A DNA stretch of 64,000 nucleotides from the NCBI GenBank assembly GCA_037189525.1, contig JBBCJC010000002.1, positions 160,001 through 224,000 on the forward strand, read 5' to 3'. Below, in pieces: positions 1 through 8,924 of this stretch (its first letter is position 1; each line of letters begins with the position of its first letter). The stretch comes from Gemmatimonadales bacterium (GTDB lineage: Bacteria; Gemmatimonadota; Gemmatimonadetes; Gemmatimonadales; GWC2-71-9). A program made the translations under genes and the position numbers. Below the pieces are notes generated by a model. It did no database searches. It was not told the origin of the DNA and saw nothing but the letters and a program-made list of their open reading frames with translations.

Positions 1-37
1 CGAGGACTCCCGTGGCAGAGATGGATTCGGATTGCAT
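1..37 (-). CDS. Possible 5' end of a gene running off the left edge (MQSESISATGVL...)
   Basis: Minus-strand ATG at 37 is preceded by GGAGTGTC (SD-like) and the frame is open to the edge. Only 12 codons are visible. Confidence 0.35.
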   Translation of the reverse strand, partial: MQSESISATGVL

Positions 38-261
38 GACACTCCGCGATGATGCGAATGAGGGACTCGGAATAAAGTAGCGCGGCGAGCGAACCGCGGC
101 CAGCGAACCGCTCGGGGCGTAGCAAGGATCTCGTCCTACGCCCGGATTGCTCGCGCCCGGGCACGATTCGGCGCTACCTTTGGGATGACCCCCTGGAACC
201 TACGACAGCCGGACCTCATGCCTTCGTCTCCGTTACCAGCGGTCTGCGACAGCACCCGGTT

Positions 262-1008
262 ATGAAACCCAACCCCAAGAACGTCGCGTTGATCGCGCCG
301 GTCCGCGCGGCCCTCATGCGTGCCGGCAACGCGACCCGGGCCAAGGGCGCCCAGGCGTACATGAAGTCGACCATGCCGTATCACGGCGTGGCGGTTCCCG
401 AGATGCGCCGCCTGGTGCGGGAGATCTTCGACACCTACCCGATCGGCATGGCCGCCGATTGGCGTCAGGCCGTCGGCGACCTCTGGGATCAGGCGACCCA
501 TCGGGAAGAGCGGTACGCCGCCATCGAACTCGCGGCGCATCCGCCCTATCAACGGTTCATCTCGCTCGCCGTGCTGCCGCTCTATCGGCGGATGATCCAG
601 GAAGGGGCCTGGTGGGATCTGGTCGACGGCCTGGCCGCGCGGGTGGCCGTCCTGCTCGCCACCTATCCCGATCGCCTCAAGCCCACCTTGCGCGCCTGGG
701 CCCGAAACGAGAACCTTTGGCTCCGCCGAGTGGCCATCATCAGCCAGATCTCGTTCCGGGAAGCGACCGACAGCCAGTTGCTCTGGGACGTGATCGCCCC
801 ATCGCTCGGTTCGTCGGAGTTCTTCCTGCGCAAGGCGATCGGCTGGGCGTTGCGGGAACATGCCAAAGCCCGTCCGGAGGAAGTGGCCGACTACCTCGCC
901 CGCCATGGCACCGAGCTCTCGCCGCTCTCTCGTCGTGAAGCCATGAAGGGGCTCGCGCATTTCAAACAGCGCGGCCCGACCCGCCAATCCTCGCGGAGGA
1001 AGAGATGA
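262..1008 (+). CDS. DNA alkylation repair protein (AlkD-like HEAT-repeat family)
   Basis: AYMKS..PYHGV, WWDLVD, NLWLRRVAI and EFFLRKAIGWALRE motifs typical of the family. Confidence 0.88.
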   Translation: MKPNPKNVALIAPVRAALMRAGNATRAKGAQAYMKSTMPYHGVAVPEMRRLVREIFDTYPIGMAADWRQAVGDLWDQATHREERYAAIELAAHPPYQRFISLAVLPLYRRMIQEGAWWDLVDGLAARVAVLLATYPDRLKPTLRAWARNENLWLRRVAIISQISFREATDSQLLWDVIAPSLGSSEFFLRKAIGWALREHAKARPEEVADYLARHGTELSPLSRREAMKGLAHFKQRGPTRQSSRRKR

Positions 1009-2612
1009 AACGCCGCCAGTTCATCGGAGCAACCGTCGCCACCGGACTCTCCGCGTCGATCGCGCCGAGTACCGCCCGAGCGGCCCGGCCGGAAGGTCGC
1101 ACCATGGTGGCGGACGACTTCGAACTCAACGAACTGACCGTTGCAGAGCTGCAGAACGGAATGCAGTCGGGCCGCTGGACCGCGCGCCGCCTGGTCGAAC
1201 TGTACCGCGGGCGGATCGACGCGATCGACAAACGCGGCCCCGCGATCAACGCCGTCATCGAACTCAACCCCGATGCCCTCGCCATTGCCGACGGCCTCGA
1301 TGCCGAGCGACGCGCCGGCAAGGTTCGCGGGCCGCTGCATGGCATTCCGGTTTTGATCAAAGACAATATCGATACGGGCGACAAGATGCAGACGACGGCC
1401 GGCGCCCTGGCACTGGCCGGATCGATTGCTCCGCGCGACGCGTTCATCGTCGAACGGCTGCGCGCAGCAGGCGCCGTGCTGCTCGGCAAGACCAACCTGA
1501 GCGAGTGGGCCAACTTCCGGTCGCGACCGTCATCCAGCGGCTGGAGCGGGCGGGGGGGCCAGACCCGGAACCCCTACGCCCTCAACCGCTCGCCCTGCGG
1601 ATCGAGTTCCGGCTCGGGGTCGGCCGGCGCTGCGAACCTGGCGGCCATCACCATCGGGACCGAGACGGACGGATCGATCCTCTGCCCCTCCTCGATCAAC
1701 GGCCTGGTCGGCATCAAACCGACGGTCGGCCTCTGGAGCCGCTCCGGGATCATTCCGATTTCCCACTCGCAGGACACGGCCGGACCGATGTGCCGCACCG
1801 TGGCCGACGCCGCCATCTTGCTTGGTGCGCTAACAGGTGTCGACCCGCGCGACCCCGTCACGGACGCCAGCCGAGGCAAGGCGCTGAGCGACTATCGCCC
1901 CGCGCTCGATCCCAACGCGCTCCGCGGCGCCCGGATCGGCGTGGTTCGCCGTCACATCAACGTCGCCGCCAAGGGCAACGCCGTCTTCGACACGGCGATT
2001 GCTGCGCTCAAGCAGGCCGGCGCCGACCTGGTCGACCCCACCGACTTCGAAGCCCCCGCGGCGCTCGGCGCTGCCGAAGGTACCGTGCTGCACTACGAGT
2101 TCAAGGCGGGCGTCGAGGCCTATCTCGCCACGCTGGGCGGGCGAGTGCCGCATCGGACGCTGGCCGACATCATTGCCTTCAACAAGGCCAACGCCGCGCG
2201 GGAAGGATCGCCCTTCGGCCAGGAAAGCCTCGAACGCGCCGCGGCCCTGGGCGACCTCTCGAGTCAGGAGTATCGCGACGCGCTGGCCACCTCCCGCCGC
2301 TTGAGCCAGGCGGAAGGTATCGACGCCCTGCTTGCTCGGCACAAGGTAACGGCCCTGGTGGCGATCTCGACCGGTCCCTCCTGGCCGATCGATCACGTCA
2401 GCGGCGATCGCTTCGGAGGCGGCAGCTCGACCTGGGCCGCCGTGGCCGGCTATCCGGCCATCACCGTACCGATGGGGATGGTCCAGGGCCTGCCGATCGG
2501 CCTCACGTTCATGGGCCCGGCCTGGAGCGAGGCGCATCTGATCGGGCTGGCGTACGCCTTCGAACAAGCGACCAAGGCGCGCCGCCCACCCACCTTTCAA
2601 CCGGTCATCTAA
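1005..2612 (+). CDS. Amidase (amidase signature family), Tat-exported
   Basis: Tat signal MKRRQF; GPLHGIPVLIKDN, GSSSGS and GTETDGSI (Lys-Ser-Ser triad); ATGA overlap with the upstream gene. Confidence 0.95.
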   Translation: MKRRQFIGATVATGLSASIAPSTARAARPEGRTMVADDFELNELTVAELQNGMQSGRWTARRLVELYRGRIDAIDKRGPAINAVIELNPDALAIADGLDAERRAGKVRGPLHGIPVLIKDNIDTGDKMQTTAGALALAGSIAPRDAFIVERLRAAGAVLLGKTNLSEWANFRSRPSSSGWSGRGGQTRNPYALNRSPCGSSSGSGSAGAANLAAITIGTETDGSILCPSSINGLVGIKPTVGLWSRSGIIPISHSQDTAGPMCRTVADAAILLGALTGVDPRDPVTDASRGKALSDYRPALDPNALRGARIGVVRRHINVAAKGNAVFDTAIAALKQAGADLVDPTDFEAPAALGAAEGTVLHYEFKAGVEAYLATLGGRVPHRTLADIIAFNKANAAREGSPFGQESLERAAALGDLSSQEYRDALATSRRLSQAEGIDALLARHKVTALVAISTGPSWPIDHVSGDRFGGGSSTWAAVAGYPAITVPMGMVQGLPIGLTFMGPAWSEAHLIGLAYAFEQATKARRPPTFQPVI

Positions 2613-2822
2613 ACACCGATTCCAACGACCCGAACCGACCCGAGTCCCGCGGGACGCGTGTTATCACAGGTGTGAGTGATTCTCCACCGCGATAGCGGGA
2701 TTTGATCGGGTTTTGTGCAGGAAAAGCGTGAAGGGCGAGTCCTCCTTCTATCATCGCGCACGCGGTGGCTCATACCGCCCTGTACCTGCAGGGAACCCGA
2801 ATGAGATGAAGTGGAGGACCCT

Positions 2823-3425
2823 ATGCCTCGCGAACTACTTCGGGTCATGTACGTCGATGATTTGCTGCACCTCTGGAGCGCGGAGAAGGGCCTGGTGGTG
2901 CCGATGTCACGCATGGCCCGCACCGCCACGTCCCCGTTCCTCAGACAAATCCTGATCAATCACGCCCGATTGATCGACTTCCACGCGCAGCGGCTCGAGT
3001 GGATGTGCGAAGGCTTGGGCGTGCGCGCGCGCGACCGGACCAGACGGTGCGCCGGGATGGATGGCCTGATCGCCCAGGCATACACCGTCATGAGCGGCGA
3101 GTACCGCGAAGACGTGTTGGACGCCGCCCTTGCCGCAACGGCCCAACGAATCACGCTGTACAAGGTGGTGCGCTACGGCACCGCCCGCTCGCGTGCGGCC
3201 CAGCTCGGCTACCGGGACCAGGTCTCTCTCCTGGACAACACGCAAAGCGAAGAGACGATCGTACTCGAAACACTCGAGGCCATGGGCGAAGCGCTGGCAG
3301 GACCCTACGCAGCGGCAACGTCGGACCGTTCGAGTTCCTTCGACCTCACGATGTCCTCTGACAGCACCTCACAACATCGGCGAGATGACGGCGCGATCGA
3401 TTTCGCCGAGACCGGCCAGGGATAA
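2823..3425 (+). CDS. DUF892/YciF ferritin-like protein, divergent
   Basis: LWSAEK, C-AGMDGLI, DAALAATAQR and RYGT..A..LG patterns; GGAGG SD before ATG 2823. Confidence 0.75.
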   Translation: MPRELLRVMYVDDLLHLWSAEKGLVVPMSRMARTATSPFLRQILINHARLIDFHAQRLEWMCEGLGVRARDRTRRCAGMDGLIAQAYTVMSGEYREDVLDAALAATAQRITLYKVVRYGTARSRAAQLGYRDQVSLLDNTQSEETIVLETLEAMGEALAGPYAAATSDRSSSFDLTMSSDSTSQHRRDDGAIDFAETGQG

Positions 3426-3427
3426 GG

Positions 3428-3480
3428 GAGGGAGCCGACGCCTCGACGCGCAGCAAGCGAGGCGTCGGCTCCCTTCGTTT
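3428..3480 (+). terminator. Strong stem-loop, probable terminator or mRNA-stabilising hairpin
   Basis: 16-bp perfect inverted repeat GGGAGCCGACGCCTCG / CGAGGCGTCGGCTCCC followed by TTCGTTT, just after the stop at 3425. Confidence 0.55.
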
Positions 3481-3487
3481 GGTGCGT

Positions 3488-3997
3488 ATGCCTTCGATCG
3501 ACTGGCAAAGCATGTTCGTGCCGAGTGTCGACCTCCTCAGCCTGATCATCCGCACCACGCTGGTATTTGTGGCACTGCTGGCCGGTCTCCGCATCCTCCA
3601 CCGCGATGCGGGACAGATGTCGCCGACGGACCTGCTCGTCATCATCTTCGTCGGGGATATCGCGGTCTTTGCGATGGACGTCGAGGCCAATTCCGTTACC
3701 GAAGCAGTGGTGATGCTGGGAACGGTGTTCACGGCCAACTATCTGCTCGATTGGCTAGCATCCCGTTTTCCCTGGGCCCACCGCCTGCTCCATGCGCCCC
3801 CGTTACCCCTGATTCGGAACGGGGTGGTCCAGCGGAAGAACCTCCGGCGTGAATTGATGACGATCGACGATCTGCGCTCGCAGCTGCGAGAGCACGGCGT
3901 GGAGGACTTCGGGAACGTGAAGAAGTGCTTCCTGGAGCCGGACGGCAAGATCAGCGTCGTCACCGATGAGCCTGGCGGATCCGCCTCCGAGAGCTGA
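3488..3997 (+). CDS. DUF421/YetF membrane protein
   Basis: Three TM segments, then PLPLIRNG..NLRRELMT.DDL.SQLREHGV...FLEPDGKISV. Confidence 0.9.
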   Translation: MPSIDWQSMFVPSVDLLSLIIRTTLVFVALLAGLRILHRDAGQMSPTDLLVIIFVGDIAVFAMDVEANSVTEAVVMLGTVFTANYLLDWLASRFPWAHRLLHAPPLPLIRNGVVQRKNLRRELMTIDDLRSQLREHGVEDFGNVKKCFLEPDGKISVVTDEPGGSASES

Positions 3998-4041
3998 GGC
4001 CTCGGCTTCCCCTCCCTTCCACAATCGCCCAAATTGGGGGT

Positions 4042-4530
4042 ATGACGATCGCGCGGAAGGCCAGGATCTTCTGGCCGGTTTTCCTGCTGCTGTTCCTGGC
4101 CGATTGTACCACCAAGGACCTGGCCGAAACCCACCTGGCATGGTCGGTCCCGGAATCGGTCATCGGCGACTTTTTCCGCCTGACCCTGGGCTACAACCCT
4201 GGCGCCGCTCTGGGCATCTCTATCGGAGAGCACTCCCGGATCTTCTTCAGCCTGACCGCGGCCATCATCGTGATTGCGTTGACCCACATCTATCGCCGAG
4301 CCGAGCCGAAAAGCACCATCGTGGGGTTATCGGTGGGCCTGCTGATCGGCGGCGCCCTGGGCAATCTCTACGATCGGCTGCGCTCGCCACGCGGGGTCGT
4401 CGACTTCATCGATATCGGGGTCGGTGACGTGCGATTCTGGACCTTCAACGTCGCGGACATCGGCATCTGTATCGGGGGCGTCCTGCTGGCTTGGCACCTG
4501 TCCACCATGCCCGAATCGAAACCGACATGA
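4042..4530 (+). CDS. lspA: Lipoprotein signal peptidase II
   Basis: YNPGAA, GGALGNLYDR, VVDFID and FNVAD motifs. Confidence 0.95.
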   Translation: MTIARKARIFWPVFLLLFLADCTTKDLAETHLAWSVPESVIGDFFRLTLGYNPGAALGISIGEHSRIFFSLTAAIIVIALTHIYRRAEPKSTIVGLSVGLLIGGALGNLYDRLRSPRGVVDFIDIGVGDVRFWTFNVADIGICIGGVLLAWHLSTMPESKPT

Positions 4531-5141
4531 TGAGAATCAACATCACACTGATTGCCGCGGCCCTGTTTGGGATGGCCCCGGCGCTGACGGCCCAGAGCAA
4601 TCCCGAGCCGGGCAAGCTCTCCATGGCGGGCGTGATGCGCGGCAGCGCCATGGTCGATTCGGTCTTCGTCGACCGCACCCTTCCCGCCGGGAAGATCGAA
4701 GGGGGCGACTGGGCCTCCTATCTGCTCGCCCGCCTGGGCGCCGGGCCGATGCCCGATGGCCTCGGCATCATCGTCAACGTGGACACGAGCCATATCGATG
4801 TCCGGGGCCGGTTACAGGATCTGCCGCTCGAGGCGCGTGCCCTCCTCGGCCCCATTGCGACCATGGTCGACTCGAGCACCATGATCTCGGCCGCCGTCCT
4901 GATGCAGCGGACCGGTCCCGAAGTGCTCCGCTTCTGGCTCAGGAGCATCACCGTCAACGGCATGGCGCTCCCGGAATTCATCCTGGGGCAGATGATGGCC
5001 TCGGTAGGTCGGCAGTATCCCGCCCTGACCAGGACCGGACGCGATCTCTACATCCAGGTTCCGCGGGACGGCATCGTCCGCCTGGGCTCCCGGGCGGTCC
5101 ATCTCGGCATCGACCCCACGCCGCCGGCCCCGTCGCCCTGA
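4527..5141 (+). CDS. Hypothetical exported protein
   Basis: Signal peptide, ATGA overlap with lspA and typical codon usage. Confidence 0.7.
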   Translation: MMRINITLIAAALFGMAPALTAQSNPEPGKLSMAGVMRGSAMVDSVFVDRTLPAGKIEGGDWASYLLARLGAGPMPDGLGIIVNVDTSHIDVRGRLQDLPLEARALLGPIATMVDSSTMISAAVLMQRTGPEVLRFWLRSITVNGMALPEFILGQMMASVGRQYPALTRTGRDLYIQVPRDGIVRLGSRAVHLGIDPTPPAPSP

Positions 5142-5956
5142 CGGAAACGTCCCCTCCGCGCCCGACGCGGCCCTCACTCGGCCGGCCTCTGCTCCTGGCC
5201 GGCATCGCGGGCACACTGGCCGGCCCGCTCCTCCCGCATGTCGTCGAGGTGGAGCGCCTCCGCCAGGTGGGCATTGCGTGGCTGGGCGTCACGATCCTCA
5301 CCACGACCGCCGTGATCGGCCTGCTCTATCGCCGGCTGGGCGTCGCGGGGCTCGCGTTGGGAGTCGGCACGCTGGCCGTCGGCTTTGCCATTCTCGGCGG
5401 AGACTGGTCCGGATCGCTGGGCACCCGGCTCCCCTGTCGCCACAACTGGCGCATCGCCGATGCGTACCTGCCGCGGGCCAGCCCGCTCCGTTCGATCACC
5501 TTCGACCTGGGAGCCACCCGCGTCAAAATCTGCTACGGCGCCCCGGCCACGCGCGGCAAACGGCGCCTGGGTAGTCCGGACATCCCGTACGGCCACCTCT
5601 GGCGTACCGGCGCCAACGAGCCGACCACGATTCGGAGCAGCGGGCCGATTGCCATTGCGGGCATTCCGGTAACCCAGGGCAATGTCTCCCTCTATACCGT
5701 CCCCGGTCCGGAAACCTGGGAAATCGTCGTCAACCGGGCGACCAAGCAGTGGGGCCGGGAAGAGGACTACACCGAGGCGATTGCCCGGCAGGAAGTCGGC
5801 CGGACCATCGTCCCGGCAGCCGCCCTGCCGGAGCCCCAGGAGCGGCTCGCCTTCGCGTTCGAAAACGCCGATGACGGCTCAGACTCGGGAACCCTGATTC
5901 TCCGCTGGGAAAGCACCGAAGTTCGACTTCCGATCCGATCGGACGCCACCCCGTAG
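5138..5956 (+). CDS. DUF2911 domain protein with N-terminal TM segments; start codon uncertain (CTG at 5138?)
   Basis: RASP, ICYGAP..RG, PYGHLWRTGANEPT, SLYTVPG...W.IVVN and QWG motifs of DUF2911. No in-frame ATG exists downstream of the preceding gene. Confidence 0.78.
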   Translation: MTETSPPRPTRPSLGRPLLLAGIAGTLAGPLLPHVVEVERLRQVGIAWLGVTILTTTAVIGLLYRRLGVAGLALGVGTLAVGFAILGGDWSGSLGTRLPCRHNWRIADAYLPRASPLRSITFDLGATRVKICYGAPATRGKRRLGSPDIPYGHLWRTGANEPTTIRSSGPIAIAGIPVTQGNVSLYTVPGPETWEIVVNRATKQWGREEDYTEAIARQEVGRTIVPAAALPEPQERLAFAFENADDGSDSGTLILRWESTEVRLPIRSDATP

Positions 5957-6341
5957 GGACCCGCCGCGCCCCGAAAAGGGCCGCAAAATCCAATACCGAC
6001 GAGCAAGCTACCAAAACCCGGATCGAGGCCAATCCTGCCGGCTGGACCTCTTTTCATGTTTATCGCCGTGTACTAATGGTACAGCTCGTAGTCGATATGG
6101 GGGCGACAATGACACTATATCAGTCACGACAACTCGTTGATAATGAATGAGATGGATAACAAACAGCCAACGACTACAGCTTGGGAGTAGTCCCAAGGCA
6201 TACTGTATGACTATTGCACTATCAAATTGACATAACTCTGACCTCACAACCCAGGCAATCACGGCGGCCGGAAAACAAGCCCGACTTATGCACCAACGGG
6301 CAGGGCTAGCAGCCATACGTCCGTCAGGGATCGATTGCGCC

Positions 6342-8912
6342 ATGGCCCAGGACAGTTCCAATTCGACTCGTGAATCGCGGCCCACGACGCCGCCGCGTTC
6401 GCGCATCCGGTCGCCGGGCCGCCCGAAGCTGACCAGCCTCCGGGCGCGCGTCACGCTGGGCGCCGTGATCGGAGCGCTGGTCCTCGCGGCCGCCGGCACC
6501 CTGGTGGTACTGCGGGCTGCTGGGGCCGTCCGCTCTCTCGAACGGACCCGGTACATCGGTCTTGCGACCGACGCCCGCAATCGCCTCGATCAACTGGAAG
6601 GCCGGGATCGCACCCGGCTGATGGAGATTGCCTTTTCGGACGGGCTCTATGCCCTGGCCGAGAAGGGGCCGGCACCGTCGGACTCATTTATCCGGCCGAC
6701 CTTTGCCGACCGTTTTCTGACCCAACACGGCGACCCCTATCTCGGGATCTATGACCCGAGTGGGAAGCGCATCTTTGCCGCAGACCGCTCGGCCGGCGGC
6801 GACCTGGCCCAGATCGCCGGGAGCAATGTCTTCTTCCGGATGCTGGACAACCGGTCGCCGGAGATCGGCCTGATCCGGCAGGGCAACCGGCTCTATTGGA
6901 TCGGCGGGGCGCCGATCCTTCCCACGACCTATACGGATGCGAGCCGCCCGATTCGTGGCTACCTGGTCGTGGTTCGCCCGTTCGACCCGGCCACACTGAC
7001 CTCGGGCGCCGATCGGACCGGCACGCCAACCGTCGAGCCGCTGACACCCACGCGTCCCGCCTTTCAACCCCGGGTCGACACCGACGGACGCGACAGCGCC
7101 CGGATCCAGTTTGCCCTGACCGACATCTTTGCGCAGCAGACGAGCCTGGCCACCGTAACGGCCAGCCGCGCCGACTATCTCGCCGCCGAGCGGCGAGTGG
7201 CTTTTGCCGCGGCGTTAGGCCTGATCCTGATCCTCCTGGCCGTGGCGGCCGCATGGGTCGCGATCATGCGGTGGCTGGTCACGCCCGCCGCGTCGCTGGC
7301 TCGGAGCGTCGGCGGCCACGCCGGAGGCTCGCCCGGTTCCCTGATTACCGCGCCGTCGAACGCCGCCGAGTGGCGACTGGTCACCGGCGCCGTCAATCGC
7401 GTCATCTCACAGCATCGCGCCGGCCTCGAGCGATTCGACCGGCTGACGCGCGCGGGCCGAGACGGCCTCTGGGAGCGCGACCTCACCTCCGGCGAGTGGA
7501 CTACCACCGCCCGATTCCACGAACTGCTCGGCTATCAGGACGGCGACATCGTATCGCCGCTGACGGCGCTGACGAACCGACTCCATCCAGACGATGCGGG
7601 TCCGATCCTGGCCTGGCTGGCCGCGGAACGGCCGACGCCCGCGACGTGGGCCAGCGATGCCCGAGCCCGCCGTGGTCCGCAGGAGTGGTTCCCGGTGCGC
7701 ATCGAAGCGACCGTGAGCGCCAATGCCGTGACCGGCCGCCTGATCGACCTGACCGGGCAGCGCGCCGCCGAACTGGCCATTGCCGATGCGGAAGCCCGGA
7801 GCGAACAGCGCCAGGAAAGCCTGGGCCACCTGCTGCAGGGTGTCGCTGCCCAGCTGCCGTCCGGGACGCAGACCCTGGCCATCCGCCATCGGCTCGAGCT
7901 GGTGGGCGCTGGGCTCAACGGGAGCCTCAAAGGCACCGCGGCGCCGTTCGACTTCTACACCTTCCTGCAGGAGACGGCGCAGAGCCTGAATGCGGAGCTG
8001 GCGGTGGCGCCCGGCGTACCCGACTGGGTCGAAGGCGATCGCAGCCTGCTCCGGACCGCCCTCGACTGCCTCGCGACCGATACCAGTGGCGGACGCCTTT
8101 CGCTGCGGGTGGAACTCGAGGACCGCCGCACGCCGGACCGGATCCTCTTTACGCTCGAATGCCGAGGCACCGCCTTTACCGACGCGCGGACCAGCGCGAT
8201 CCGAAGCACGCTCGAGACCGGCGAGCCGGGTTTTCCCGAGCCGTTCCTCGAGTGGCGCGCCGCGCATCACATTGCCCGAGCACTCGGCGGAACGGCCGTC
8301 TTCGACAACGATGGCCCCGATTCTCGGCGGCGGCTCGCACTGCCGCTGGCCGCGGCGAGCAACCCGTTTGTCGGCGCGGTGCCTGATGCCGACTGGGACA
8401 CCGCCGCGCCGGCCGACGCCACCTTCGGCGTGGAAGCCCCCGAGCCGGTCGTCGCGGCAAGCGCAGGCCCAGCAAGCGCTCCGGTGGAACTGGTGGCCGA
8501 CGCAACGGTCACGATCAACCTCGATGACGGACCGACGGCGCGCCCCGGTTCCGACGCTCCTGCGGAGCCGGCGATCGATTCGGCGACTCTGGAACAGATC
8601 TCCGCGTCGCTCACGAGCGGATCGGGGCTGGGCAGCCAGCTGATCACGCTGTTCCGGACCGAGGCGCCGGGTCGAGTCGAGGCCATCGAAGAGGCGGCCG
8701 GCACCGGCGACTGGGCCGCGCTCCGGATGCGCGCCAACGACCTCAAGGGTATGTGCGCCCTGATCGGGGCGAGCCCGCTCGCGGCACGCTGTGTCGCGCT
8801 GGCGAACACCACCGGCCCGGCCGCGCACGATGCCGCGCGCGCCGTTCGGACGGAATGGGAACGAGTCGAAGTGTTACTGGACGGACTGGCCGGCGCCCAA
8901 GCTGGCGCCTAA
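6342..8912 (+). CDS. Membrane sensor: TM, extracytoplasmic (CHASE4-like) domain, TM, PAS, degenerate kinase core, pseudo-HPt
   Basis: Two TM helices; PAS-like DGLWERDL...LLGY...LHPDD; remnant VEGDRSLLRTAL; C-terminal HPt fold ANDLKGMCALIGA. Confidence 0.75.
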   Translation: MAQDSSNSTRESRPTTPPRSRIRSPGRPKLTSLRARVTLGAVIGALVLAAAGTLVVLRAAGAVRSLERTRYIGLATDARNRLDQLEGRDRTRLMEIAFSDGLYALAEKGPAPSDSFIRPTFADRFLTQHGDPYLGIYDPSGKRIFAADRSAGGDLAQIAGSNVFFRMLDNRSPEIGLIRQGNRLYWIGGAPILPTTYTDASRPIRGYLVVVRPFDPATLTSGADRTGTPTVEPLTPTRPAFQPRVDTDGRDSARIQFALTDIFAQQTSLATVTASRADYLAAERRVAFAAALGLILILLAVAAAWVAIMRWLVTPAASLARSVGGHAGGSPGSLITAPSNAAEWRLVTGAVNRVISQHRAGLERFDRLTRAGRDGLWERDLTSGEWTTTARFHELLGYQDGDIVSPLTALTNRLHPDDAGPILAWLAAERPTPATWASDARARRGPQEWFPVRIEATVSANAVTGRLIDLTGQRAAELAIADAEARSEQRQESLGHLLQGVAAQLPSGTQTLAIRHRLELVGAGLNGSLKGTAAPFDFYTFLQETAQSLNAELAVAPGVPDWVEGDRSLLRTALDCLATDTSGGRLSLRVELEDRRTPDRILFTLECRGTAFTDARTSAIRSTLETGEPGFPEPFLEWRAAHHIARALGGTAVFDNDGPDSRRRLALPLAAASNPFVGAVPDADWDTAAPADATFGVEAPEPVVAASAGPASAPVELVADATVTINLDDGPTARPGSDAPAEPAIDSATLEQISASLTSGSGLGSQLITLFRTEAPGRVEAIEEAAGTGDWAALRMRANDLKGMCALIGASPLAARCVALANTTGPAAHDAARAVRTEWERVEVLLDGLAGAQAGA

Positions 8913-8924
8913 CGGAGTGAGTCA

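Noticed and set aside
4424..5137. N-terminal extension of the 510-aa ORF
   Set aside because: It overlaps lspA and the 4527-5141 gene and reads as Arg/Pro-rich off-frame sequence.
5957..6020. CCCGAAAAGGGCCGCAAAA resembles part of a c-di-GMP-I riboswitch
   Set aside because: The upstream GCAAAC/P2 strand and a P3 stem are not present, so the resemblance is only partial.
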